Shown: piece by piece, positions 32,027-41,145 of the stretch
How the letters are laid out: each line of letters begins with the position of its first letter
Numbering within the stretch: position 1 is the stretch's first letter
Assembly: GCA_963796285.1 (NCBI GenBank)
Contig: CAWCKW010000012.1
Location: 96,001 to 160,000 of the forward strand
Length of the DNA stretch: 64,000 nt
Origin: Nitrospirota bacterium
Lineage (GTDB): Bacteria; Nitrospirota; UBA9217
Reading direction: 5' to 3'
Notes under the pieces: model-generated
What the model was told of the DNA's origin: nothing
What the model saw: the letters and a program-made list of their open reading frames with translations, nothing else
The model's database searches: none
Made by a program: the position numbers and the translations under genes

Positions 32027-33259
32027 ATGGGCAATTTGATCAAAAATTTTTTTATCGCCTTGCGTCAGATCTTCATCGGGAACCGCGCCTATTATCTCTG
32101 GGTGGCGTTCCTGTCAATTTTTATTCTCTTCGGGTTCAGTGCGTACGTCCAACAGCTCAATCGCGGTCTTATTACAACAGCGATGAGGGACCAGGTCTCG
32201 TGGGGCCTGTTTATCTCGAATTTTACCTTCCTTGTCGGTGTCGCCGCTGCCGCAGTCCTGCTTGTCGTGCCGGCATACCTCTATAATTTCAAGCCGATCA
32301 AAGAAATCGTGCTCTTCGGCGAACTGCTTGCCATAACTGCGATCACGATGTGTATCCTGTTCATCCTCGTCGATATGGGGCAGCCCACGCGCGTCTGGCA
32401 TATCCTGCCGTTCATCGGCCTTATGCATTTCCCTGCCTCGCTCTTGGCATGGGACGTGGTCGTGCTGAACGGTTATCTTGCGATCAACGGGATCATCGCG
32501 TTTTACGTTCTCTATCGGCTTTCGATCGGTAAGGAATACAGTATGACCGTGATCGGTCCGCTGATCATTCTCTCGATACCCTGGGCGGTCAGCATTCACA
32601 CGGTCACGGCTTTTCTCTATAATGGACTGTCTTCCCGGCCGTTCTGGAATGCCTCGATCCTGGCCCCGCGGTTTCTTGCTTCAGCGTTCTGTTCCGGGCC
32701 TGCCATCATGCTGGTCTTGTTCCAGATCGTCAGAAATCGTTCAGAAGTGGAGATCGATAATAAGGCGATCTTCAAGATCGCCGAATTGATCGCTTATGCC
32801 ATGGCGATCAATTTGTTCCTTCTGGGCGCCGAGGCGTTCAAGGAATTTTATTCGGGCGGTGTTGACAGCTATTCTATCCAGTACCTGTACTTCGGCCTTC
32901 ACGGGAAAACGAGCCTCGTGCCCTGGATGTGGACTGCATCCGTGTTCAATATCACAGCGTTCTTTCTCTTTCTCTTTCCGAAGACCCGGGAGAATTTCAC
33001 GACGTTGAACATCGGGTGCGTGCTGATCATTATCGGCGTGTATATCGAGAAGGGGATGGGGCTTATTGTGCCCGGTTTTATCCCGGATGCACTCGGGGAA
33101 ATCTATGAATATTCTCCGACCACGTCCGAGATCATCATTACCATGGGGATATGGGCCATTGGAGCGCTCCTGTACACACTCCTGCTTAAATTTGCGGTAC
33201 CGATCTATACTGGAAAACTGAGGTTCGAAACGAAAGAGCGGAACGTTACCGTACGGTAG
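32027..33259 (+). CDS. NrfD family (DsrP-like) integral membrane subunit
   Basis: DQVSWGLFISNFTFLVGVAA, VDMGQP.R, SIHTVTAFLY...RPFW, PRFLASAF, IEKGMG. Confidence 0.88.
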   Translation: MGNLIKNFFIALRQIFIGNRAYYLWVAFLSIFILFGFSAYVQQLNRGLITTAMRDQVSWGLFISNFTFLVGVAAAAVLLVVPAYLYNFKPIKEIVLFGELLAITAITMCILFILVDMGQPTRVWHILPFIGLMHFPASLLAWDVVVLNGYLAINGIIAFYVLYRLSIGKEYSMTVIGPLIILSIPWAVSIHTVTAFLYNGLSSRPFWNASILAPRFLASAFCSGPAIMLVLFQIVRNRSEVEIDNKAIFKIAELIAYAMAINLFLLGAEAFKEFYSGGVDSYSIQYLYFGLHGKTSLVPWMWTASVFNITAFFLFLFPKTRENFTTLNIGCVLIIIGVYIEKGMGLIVPGFIPDALGEIYEYSPTTSEIIITMGIWAIGALLYTLLLKFAVPIYTGKLRFETKERNVTVR

Positions 33260-33587
33260 CTAAGATCGCAGGCAATCCGTTCGCTCCCGATTAGATTTGC
33301 GTTGGCGGGTAATTACAAAATCCTTTATGACGTCGGGATTCAGGGCAGGTCTACTGCCTCAAAATGGTTCCTGTGGCTTTTCAGGCCTGTTCTTCATTCA
33401 TCGTTACAACGGCAGTTGACTCGGATTAAAACAGATACGGACGGGATTGATTCTGATCTGATTTTGGATAGTATATCAACTTCGGGTGAAGTCCTTCCCT
33501 ATGGCGTTTCATTTTTTTATCCTACCTTGCTTTGCCCCCTCAGTGTCAAAACGCATAATTCAGGATTAAGAGTAATTGAGTTGACTC

Positions 33588-33621
33588 AAAAAAAATGCCA
33601 CGGACGTGAGTCCGTGGCATT
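33588..33621 (-). terminator. Terminator of the Rieske/cytochrome b operon
   Basis: AATGCCACGGAC-GTGA-GTCCGTGGCATT, with A-tract giving a T-tail on the minus strand. Confidence 0.7.
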
Positions 33622-33688
33622 CTGCTGACCGCTGTTCCTACCAGCCTAGATACCCATCTCTTCATTAATCATTAAACAAATATCGATT

Positions 33689-34540
33689 CTACTCATCTTT
33701 TGTTTTTGGCAGCAAAAAGATGATAATGCCCATGAACGCGAAGGACATCAGGAAGAATGCGGAGAGATTTTTTCTGAATCTCAGTTTCTGATACGTGTTT
33801 TGAATATCCACGTCTATCTGGTCCAGTTTTGACGTAAATTCATCTGTCCTGCTTCTTACCAATGCTACATCTACTGTATGGAAAAGCGTACGGAATTCTG
33901 CCTGAGTGCTGAAGAGGCTTTTTTCATCATCCCCTACGTAGATACCGTCTTGCTTTAGTTCCTGGAGACGCCGGTCAAGCTGTGAAATTCTCGTTTCAAT
34001 GGCGAAAAGGGCGACTTTCATGATTTTTGCCCGTTCATAGGAATGACACTTGGTACACAACTGCGGGTTTATGATTTCAATGCTCGCTTTCTGAATGTTG
34101 TGCGATCCATGACAGGTTACGCAGTTTGGCGCTTTTTTCGACGCCTTCAGCGCCTTGCCGTGTCCGCTTTCAAGATAACTGGATAAAATCCCGATGTGGC
34201 ACTTGCCGCAGAACTCGGGGACTTCCTGGTATTGAGGTGTGCCGACAAATCCTCGTTCACGAGACATGGAGGATTCGGCGTCCTTCGGATCACCGCCATG
34301 GCAGTTTTCACAGGATATCCTGTTTAGCGCGTGCCAGCTCGGTTGCCATGCATCCACAACATCTCGGAACTCCGGCTTCATCTGATCGGAAGAATGGCAT
34401 GAGATACATTGATTTTCCTCAATCTGTTCTCCTGCCCAGGGTTTTGTCAGGAATCCTCTTTCAAAATCTTCCTTGTATCCGGCCGATCCCGAAGAGGGGA
34501 GCATGAACAGGATCATGAATGCAAGCGCAAAATATCTCAT
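33689..34540 (-). CDS. Pentaheme cytochrome c with C-terminal membrane anchor
   Basis: Signal peptide; CISCH, CENCH, CGKCH, CVTCH, CTKCH; coiled coil then TM. Confidence 0.88.
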   Translation of the reverse strand: MRYFALAFMILFMLPSSGSAGYKEDFERGFLTKPWAGEQIEENQCISCHSSDQMKPEFRDVVDAWQPSWHALNRISCENCHGGDPKDAESSMSRERGFVGTPQYQEVPEFCGKCHIGILSSYLESGHGKALKASKKAPNCVTCHGSHNIQKASIEIINPQLCTKCHSYERAKIMKVALFAIETRISQLDRRLQELKQDGIYVGDDEKSLFSTQAEFRTLFHTVDVALVRSRTDEFTSKLDQIDVDIQNTYQKLRFRKNLSAFFLMSFAFMGIIIFLLPKTKDE

Positions 34541-35646
34541 TAACTCCTCCCCCACAACAAGAGAATAATCCACAAGGCGATCAGGGACAGGAATACCCCG
34601 CGCAGAATAGGACGTTTCAGAACGTTCTTTTCCTCCTGAGTGTCCAGGAACGGCCAGAACAGGAAAATAGCAATGAGACTCAGCTGGAGCGCGATCCCCA
34701 AGAGTTTATTCGGTATGAGCTTGAGAAACTGGTACGGCGCCAGGAGATACCATTCAGGACGTATTTGCGAGGGTGTCCGGTACGGGTCCGCCGGGATATT
34801 GGCGTCGCCTGAAAAGAACAGGTTTGGGAAAAACGTGATGATGAAAAACATGACGGCAAAGAAGGCCATCATCGTGTACATCTGCTTTCGGAAAAAGTAG
34901 GGGTAATAAGGATAACCGTCCGCATTGTTTTTCCGAAGATATATTGTGGGATAAAGGTCGGTTCGCGGATTCTTTTCGGGGACTATCATGCCGAAGGGCG
35001 TAGACGAAATGCCGATCCGGTTCACCAGAAACAGATGCAAGGCCGCCAAGGCCAGAAAGATGGGAGGCAGGATAGCGACATGGAACGCAAAGAACCGGCT
35101 CAGGGTTATATCGGTGACATATTCACCGCCCCGCAACAGGTGCATAACATAGTCGCCGACGACGGGAAATGCCGTAGGCACTGCCGTCACCACCGTCGTC
35201 GACCAGTAGCTCAACTGTGTCCACGGCAAGAGGTAGCCGCTGAACCCGAACATGATTATTGTAACAAGCGACAGACTTCCGCTAAGCCAGGTCAGCTCAC
35301 GCGGGCGCTTGTAGTTGCCCATCATGAAAACCGTAATCATATGGAGGAAGAGTACGGTAATCAAGAGGTTGCTTCCTACGGCATGCATTTGCCTGAAAAG
35401 CCATCCATAGGGGACGATGTTCATGATTTCCTGAACGCTCCTAAATGCATGGTCAGGGTGCGGTACGTAATACACCATGAGGATGATGCCGGTAAGGGCC
35501 TCAACGGAGAATGCAATGAGGGCGAGAAATCCGAGAGTATGAAAGATGTTTATATTCTTCGGCAGCCGATAATCCAAGATTTGCGCCTGGATAATGTTTC
35601 TGAGTTGAATACGTTCATCAAGCCAATCTATTAAATTTTTCCACAT
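34540..35646 (-). CDS. Cytochrome b of a Rieske/cytb complex
   Basis: YGWLFRQMH...LH heme ligands, RPRELTW, GYLLPW, RFFAFH...LH, PEWY. Confidence 0.92.
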   Translation of the reverse strand: MWKNLIDWLDERIQLRNIIQAQILDYRLPKNINIFHTLGFLALIAFSVEALTGIILMVYYVPHPDHAFRSVQEIMNIVPYGWLFRQMHAVGSNLLITVLFLHMITVFMMGNYKRPRELTWLSGSLSLVTIIMFGFSGYLLPWTQLSYWSTTVVTAVPTAFPVVGDYVMHLLRGGEYVTDITLSRFFAFHVAILPPIFLALAALHLFLVNRIGISSTPFGMIVPEKNPRTDLYPTIYLRKNNADGYPYYPYFFRKQMYTMMAFFAVMFFIITFFPNLFFSGDANIPADPYRTPSQIRPEWYLLAPYQFLKLIPNKLLGIALQLSLIAIFLFWPFLDTQEEKNVLKRPILRGVFLSLIALWIILLLWGRS

Positions 35647-35650
35647 AGCC

Positions 35651-36067
35651 TCATCCTATTATAATGGTTTCGCCTTCGATCTTCAGCGGTAGAGCGGTCA
35701 ACGGCTTCGGCGGCGGTCCTGATACAACATTTCCATCGAGATCATAGATGCCCGCATGGCAGGGGCATATGAACTTCAGGCTGTTCTTGTTATATTCCAC
35801 AAGGCAGCCAAGGTGGGTGCAAGTGCGTGAAAAAGCAAAGTAACCTTTGTCCGGCCTGTTTATGATAACCGCAGGAGTGTTGTGATAGATGATGTTCTTT
35901 GCTTCTCCCGAAGGAACATCACTTTTATGGAGGACGAGCTTTTTTAGATCAGCTGACTTAGATGGGAGTGATGTGAGAAACTTCAAAAAAGAATAGGCAA
36001 ATGATAAAAATGTAATCGATCCGAGAAAGGCCAAGAGAATCTTTAGGAATCTACGCCTCTTCATCAT
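35651..36067 (-). CDS. Rieske 2Fe-2S protein
   Basis: KRRRFLK Tat motif, CTHLGC, CPCHAG.YD, GPPPKPL. Confidence 0.93.
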   Translation of the reverse strand: MMKRRRFLKILLAFLGSITFLSFAYSFLKFLTSLPSKSADLKKLVLHKSDVPSGEAKNIIYHNTPAVIINRPDKGYFAFSRTCTHLGCLVEYNKNSLKFICPCHAGIYDLDGNVVSGPPPKPLTALPLKIEGETIIIG

Positions 36068-36113
36068 TCCTCCACACTTCATAAATTTTATTAATATTAA
36101 TATTTACATCAGC

Positions 36114-36228
36114 ACATTAGCAAAACGATTTCTCGTTGTCAAGAAAATTGATACTTATTGCTACAAAACGATATTCGTAATTTATGTGTTTGGAAAGTAT
36201 TGACATCATGGCTGACCTGTGTTATAAA
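36114..36228. promoter_or_regulatory. Divergent sigma70-like promoter pair
   Basis: Plus strand TTGACA(36200)-17-TATAAA with extended TG; minus strand TTGACA(36142)-17-TAATGT. Confidence 0.55.
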
Positions 36229-36283
36229 GTTGTGCTTAACAATAATGTATTAACCATAATGTATTAACCATTCAGATCGTGTA

Positions 36284-37315
36284 TTGTCGGGGGGAACGAA
36301 ATTGGTTACGCGGATCAGGGAAAAGATACAGCAATTACTGGTGCGATTGAAGGAGCCGATGTCCCTGAAGGCGAAGCTGCTTATTGTCACCTTGCTCTTG
36401 ATCATCGTTTTCGGCGGTGGATTTGTCGCCTTCAAATTTTACGATTTTACCCAGAACAATCCCAAGTTCTGCGTCGGCTGCCATTTGATGCAGCCGGCAT
36501 ACGACAGCTGGGCGAAGAGCGAGCATAAGCAGCTCAACTGCCATGAATGTCATCACCTCACGATCTTGGAGCAGAACCAACTGCTGATCAGTTTCGTGCT
36601 GAAGCGCCCGAACGCGGTGCCCGAGCGTCATAAAGGGCAGGTCATCGTGCTATCGAAAACCTGCAACCAGTGCCACACCGAAGGCAAGGCGACCCGGATC
36701 AACAAATCCCTGTTCCACGCCAAACACGTTTACATGGAGCAGATCGAATGCACACAGTGCCACGGGGAGGTGAAGGACGATAAGTCGGGTCTTCATCATT
36801 TCCTGCCCACGGAAAAATTCTGCACCAAGTGCCATCAGGGAAAGCAGGTCCACGGCGAAGGCATGGGCGGTCTTGCCTGCATCAACTGCCACACTGACCG
36901 TACCAAGGACCTCAAACCAGGCCGAATGAAGTGTCTGTATTGCCACAGCAACGATCAGAGCATCAAACAGCAACTCAAAGAAGATGCCACCATGGACGTG
37001 CGGTTCTTTACCCCCGATGTTGGTACGGTCAATAAGGCCAAAAAGATAGTCTTTAACGAAAAGTCGCCGATGCAGTTCTATTGCTATGAGTGCCACAAGC
37101 CGCATGAGGCAGGCAAGGTACGACCTCATAACGAGGACTGTCTGCGCTGCCATACCGGCGTGCCAAAGATCGGAAAGCATAAGCTTCACCTCGGGATGGA
37201 TATGAAGTGCAATGCCTGTCACAAGCAGCATGTATGGCGAGTGACGGAGGAGTCAGCGAAGAAGGACTGTGTTGTCTGCCACGAATACCGGAGCCCAAGC
37301 GCTTTTCTAAGGTAA
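36284..37315 (+). CDS. Membrane-anchored 11-heme cytochrome c with NapC/NirT-like N-terminus
   Basis: TM then NPKFCVGCH..M...Y.SW..S.H; 11 CxxCH counted; alternative start 36359. Confidence 0.88.
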   Translation: MSGGTKLVTRIREKIQQLLVRLKEPMSLKAKLLIVTLLLIIVFGGGFVAFKFYDFTQNNPKFCVGCHLMQPAYDSWAKSEHKQLNCHECHHLTILEQNQLLISFVLKRPNAVPERHKGQVIVLSKTCNQCHTEGKATRINKSLFHAKHVYMEQIECTQCHGEVKDDKSGLHHFLPTEKFCTKCHQGKQVHGEGMGGLACINCHTDRTKDLKPGRMKCLYCHSNDQSIKQQLKEDATMDVRFFTPDVGTVNKAKKIVFNEKSPMQFYCYECHKPHEAGKVRPHNEDCLRCHTGVPKIGKHKLHLGMDMKCNACHKQHVWRVTEESAKKDCVVCHEYRSPSAFLR

Positions 37316-37415
37316 TGCTGCTGCCTGATGGGAGGAGGTCGGTCCCCGGTCGTCCTGGCAGGTTGCTTGGATTGTGTCGTTTATATTCTCAAATAAGAAA
37401 GGAGGTGAAACATAC

Positions 37416-37736
37416 ATGAAGAAATTATTCGGATTTGCTCTCGCAGTAGTAGCAGTGCTTGCAATGACCATGACTGCATTCGCAGTACCGTCCGGCAAAA
37501 CAGTTGACTTCGACGGCAAAGGTGCAGGCAAAGTCGAGTTCAGTGGTAAGGTCCATGCTGACAAAGGTCTCAAGTGTGCAGAGTGCCACCCGGCAATCTT
37601 CAAGATGAAGAAGGGTGCGGACGCCATCACCATGAAGGACATCAATGATGGTAAGTTCTGCGGTACATGCCACAACGGTACCAAGGCCTTCAGCGCGAAG
37701 GATGCAGCCAACTGTGCAAAGTGCCACAAGAAATAA
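37416..37736 (+). CDS. Periplasmic triheme c7-type cytochrome
   Basis: Signal peptide; CAECHPAIF, GKFCGTCHNG..AF, CAKCH; RBS AAGGAGGTG. Confidence 0.92.
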   Translation: MKKLFGFALAVVAVLAMTMTAFAVPSGKTVDFDGKGAGKVEFSGKVHADKGLKCAECHPAIFKMKKGADAITMKDINDGKFCGTCHNGTKAFSAKDAANCAKCHKK

Positions 37737-37753
37737 GATGTCATTATAGATGT

Positions 37754-37790
37754 AAAAACCCTCACGGATCAATTCTGTGAGGGTTTTTTT
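37754..37790 (+). terminator. Rho-independent terminator
   Basis: AAAAACCCTCACGGA...TCTGTGAGGGTTTTTTT. Confidence 0.85.
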
Positions 37791-38286
37791 GTGTAATAAA
37801 TGTCAATTAACTGACCCCGATCGGCCATCCTGGTGCAAAAAAATACGAAAAATATTCCCCTCCAACCTTGACATACCCCGTTTTTTCAACTAAGTTTACA
37901 ATGTGCAGTGTTTCATCGTGAAACGGTACATAATTCAAAAGTAGTATTCAAGAAAATCACTCAGCCATGAGCGAAGGTTTGTATAGCAGGCTCACAGAGA
38001 ATTCAGGGGAAAATCAAAATTTCGATCCGAAATATCAGTTCAGAAAAATGGCAAGGTCTTTAACAGCCAATAGTATCTGATTTTCTTTGCGTTCGGAGAC
38101 TGTACTTGATCGGCTCTACCGGGAACAGCGCAGCGTGGTTCTCCTCTTGGCCATTGCGTGATCGACCTCCGTTGTTAACCTTATGACCTTATTATCAAGT
38201 TCAAGTATCCCCAGTCTGCCTGTATTCTCGACATTGATGCTTGTATTATTCGATCTATCCGGCAAAGAAAGGAGGTGAAACGAAAA

Positions 38287-38595
38287 ATGAAAATAAAGTT
38301 AATGCTAGCATTCGCATCCGTAGTAGTATTAGTGTTTGCAACGTCAGCATTCGCAGTCGGCCCCGGTAAAACCGTGGAGTTCGAGAAGGGTGGCAAGGTG
38401 GTCTTTGACGGCAAGGCCCATTCTGCGGCAAAGTGTAATGAGTGCCATCCGGCCATTTTCAAGATGAAGAAGGGCGCCGATGTTATGACCATGAAGGACA
38501 TGGAGGCGGGGAAGTTCTGTGGCGTATGTCACAACGGCACCAAGGCCTTTGCAGTTAAGGACGCAGCAAACTGCGTAAAATGCCACAAAAAATAG
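38287..38595 (+). CDS. Periplasmic triheme c7-type cytochrome (paralog)
   Basis: Signal peptide; CNECH, CGVCH, CVKCH; RBS AAGGAGGTG. Confidence 0.92.
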   Translation: MKIKLMLAFASVVVLVFATSAFAVGPGKTVEFEKGGKVVFDGKAHSAAKCNECHPAIFKMKKGADVMTMKDMEAGKFCGVCHNGTKAFAVKDAANCVKCHKK

Positions 38596-38614
38596 CTGAA
38601 TTATATTGGACAGC

Positions 38615-38650
38615 AAAGACCCTCACGGAATGATCCGTGAGGGTCTTTTT
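38615..38650. terminator. Terminator between c7 gene and convergent tRNA-Sec
   Basis: AAAGACCCTCACGGA-ATGA-TCCGTGAGGGTCTTTTT. Confidence 0.85.
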
Positions 38651-38655
38651 ATTTG

Positions 38656-38754
38656 TGGCGGGAGAGCATGAGAATCGAACTCACCTTTCCTGACCAAAGC
38701 CAGGAAACAACGGATTTGAAGTCCGGGACGGGCACCAGCTCCGTAACCTCTCCC
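38656..38754 (-). tRNA. selC: tRNA-Sec (anticodon UCA)
   Basis: Minus strand GGGAGAGG...GGACTTCAAATCC...long variable arm...GTTCGATTC...CTCTCCCGCCA; 99 nt. Confidence 0.93.
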
Positions 38755-38889
38755 CTTTGTATGCTCCGCGATTATACTTGAGACTTCCCATGATGGCAAT
38801 ATAAATTTGGAAGAGACAACAGGCAATGAAAGTCAAAAGATGGGAAGGTGAAAAAATAAGGCGCAGGAAAAGCCGCGCTCTTACCTGTT

Positions 38890-40878
38890 TCACTTCTTCC
38901 CGTTCGTCCGCGTCAGCAGATTCATCGCCTCGTCAAGTTCCTTGTGCCCGCCGATCAGCACGACAATATCATCAGGTTGCAACATGAAATCAGGCGCCGG
39001 GTTCGTGTTCGCCTCGCCGTTGCGTGCGATGGCAATGACCGTGGCACCGGTGTTTTTCCGGATATCGAGCTCCCGGAGCGTTCTGCCCGCCGCGGGAGCG
39101 CCGGGATCGAGCTGGACATGGTCCACCGTCGCACCGGCGAAGAGCGCCGCGATCCGTCCAAGGTTCTCCTGGTCCAACGAATACCCGCGCAGCATCTTGT
39201 ACCCTCCAAACCGCACGAGCTGGATCTGGTTCGCAATGACGTTTGCGGGGATATGATATTCATGGAGCACACGCGAGAAGATCTCGATCGAGGTCTCGAA
39301 TTCCTCGGGGATAACCTGATTTGCTCCGAGCTTATAGAGCTCTTCGACGTCGGCCGCGTATCGCGTGCGGATGAGGATAAAGATCGAAGGATTGACCTCC
39401 CGGGTCAGGCGTATGGCGAGCCGGGTCGCGGTGTTGTCGGAGATGGCGAATACGATCACTCTTGCGCAGTTGACGCCGGCGCGCAGGAGCACGTCCTTCC
39501 GGGTGATGTCTCCGTAGATGATGGGCTCTCCTTCGGCACGGGCCCTGCGGATCGTGTCGGCATTCACTTCCAGCACCACATAGGGAAGGTGCGTGGCCTT
39601 GAGCGTCTTCGCCAGGTTCTGCCCGTTCAAACCGTAGCCCGCGATGATGGTATGCCCGGTGAGGGCGCAGAAATCGCTCTTATCAACTGCGTCGGATGAG
39701 ACTTCGGGCAGATATCTCGAGATCCACGGGGCTAACTGAATGAGGAAGGGCGCTGCAAGCATGCTCAGGATGGAGGTATTGATGAACAGCTGGAATACAT
39801 CCTGACCCATCAGGCCGTTTGTCTGGCCCTGCTTCGCCAGGAGGAATGAGAATTCGCCGATCTGCGCCAGGCCGAGCCCCGCGAGCAGGGAACTCCGGAC
39901 CGGATAACGCAGCAGGGTTGCGGTCACGGCCACCAGCCCGGATTTCAGAAGCACGAGAAGGAGCGCCATGATAAGGAGAAGGACCCAGTGTGCAATGAAA
40001 TAGTCCGTTTGCAACAGCATGCCGATGGAGATGAAGAAGATGCTTGCGAAGTAATCGCGGAAAGGCATGATCTCGACGACGATGTGGTGGCTGTATTCGG
40101 ATTCGGAAATGATGAGCCCAGCGAGGAATGCGCCGAGGGCGAGCGACAGGCCGAGACTGTAGGTGATCCACGCCGTGCCCAGGCAGAGGAGTACCACGAG
40201 GAGAAAGAACATCTCCCGGTTCCTGAGCCGTATCACCTGGTGGAGCAGGAAGGGGACGACCTGGCGCGCCGCAAAAAAAACGCCGACCAGTCCGAGCACG
40301 GCCTTTCCCAGGGAAATGAGCACGGACAGGGGGGTGACAGCGCCGAGCGCGCTCGCCTCGCCGAGGACCGGCAGCATGAGCATCATGGGCACAACGGCAA
40401 GGTCCTGAAACAGTAATATGCCGGTCGCTAGCCTGCCATGCGCGGAGTCAAGCTCGGTGCGGTCCGAGTACATTTTGAGCACGATCGCGGTGCTGCTGAG
40501 CGACGCCAGGAACCCGAAGAACACCGCCTGCGGAAGGGGATAGTGGAGCACGAGCGCGATGCCGGTGACCGCGGCGACGGTCAACAGGACCTGTGTCCCG
40601 CCGCCGATGAGCAGCTGACGGCCCGATCGGATGATGTCGGTGATCGAGAACTCAAGCCCCACCGTGAACAAAAGGAGCACCACGCCGATGTCAGCGAGCC
40701 GTTCAACGACACGCGTCTCGGTGATAATGGCGGCGCCAAACGGACCGATCAGCACGCCGGTGATCAGGAACCCCACGAGCGCAGGCAGCTTTGCCCGGTG
40801 GAAGAGATAGGTGATCGGGAGCGAGACAGCGAGGATGACGATCAGTTCGCGGAGTATGGTGATTTCCTGGTCTTGCAT
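38890..40878 (-). CDS. CPA2/Kef-type K+/H+ antiporter with RCK (TrkA-N/TrkA-C) domains
   Basis: LSSTAIV, ILLFQD, LGAFLAG, LAQIGEFSF, IIAGYGLNG. Confidence 0.92.
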   Translation of the reverse strand: MQDQEITILRELIVILAVSLPITYLFHRAKLPALVGFLITGVLIGPFGAAIITETRVVERLADIGVVLLLFTVGLEFSITDIIRSGRQLLIGGGTQVLLTVAAVTGIALVLHYPLPQAVFFGFLASLSSTAIVLKMYSDRTELDSAHGRLATGILLFQDLAVVPMMLMLPVLGEASALGAVTPLSVLISLGKAVLGLVGVFFAARQVVPFLLHQVIRLRNREMFFLLVVLLCLGTAWITYSLGLSLALGAFLAGLIISESEYSHHIVVEIMPFRDYFASIFFISIGMLLQTDYFIAHWVLLLIMALLLVLLKSGLVAVTATLLRYPVRSSLLAGLGLAQIGEFSFLLAKQGQTNGLMGQDVFQLFINTSILSMLAAPFLIQLAPWISRYLPEVSSDAVDKSDFCALTGHTIIAGYGLNGQNLAKTLKATHLPYVVLEVNADTIRRARAEGEPIIYGDITRKDVLLRAGVNCARVIVFAISDNTATRLAIRLTREVNPSIFILIRTRYAADVEELYKLGANQVIPEEFETSIEIFSRVLHEYHIPANVIANQIQLVRFGGYKMLRGYSLDQENLGRIAALFAGATVDHVQLDPGAPAAGRTLRELDIRKNTGATVIAIARNGEANTNPAPDFMLQPDDIVVLIGGHKELDEAMNLLTRTNGKK

Positions 40879-41145
40879 ACAATTATGATAGCATATTTAC
40901 GGGCATTATCACAATTTCAGAGAAGGGCTGGATAGAGACGGAGGAGTCACGTTCTACCCAAGGAGGGTGAAAATAAGTCAATTTCTTTGACACTGATTGT
41001 GACTGATTGAATTATAATGGATCATGATTTTTCATATAGTTCATCCGCCATTATCCGTGTCAAAGACTTTAATGGGGCTACTCCTGATTCCGTCTTGTCC
41101 GGATAAGGTTGTTCAGGACAGGAAGAAAAATAAGGAGCCGGTTTG

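Noticed and set aside
31089-33259. Evidence of dissimilatory sulfate reduction (DsrO/P-like genes)
   Set aside because: No dsrM, dsrK or dsrAB in the window, and the NrfC/NrfD families are shared by many complexes.
33302-33628. 108-aa ORF between convergent operons (similarly 42447-42812)
   Set aside because: No recognisable motif; 33302-33628 has a weak TTG start and overlaps a terminator. Probably non-coding or decayed DNA.
38656-38754. Integrative element inserted at tRNA-Sec
   Set aside because: No integrase and no duplicated tRNA 3' end seen in the window.
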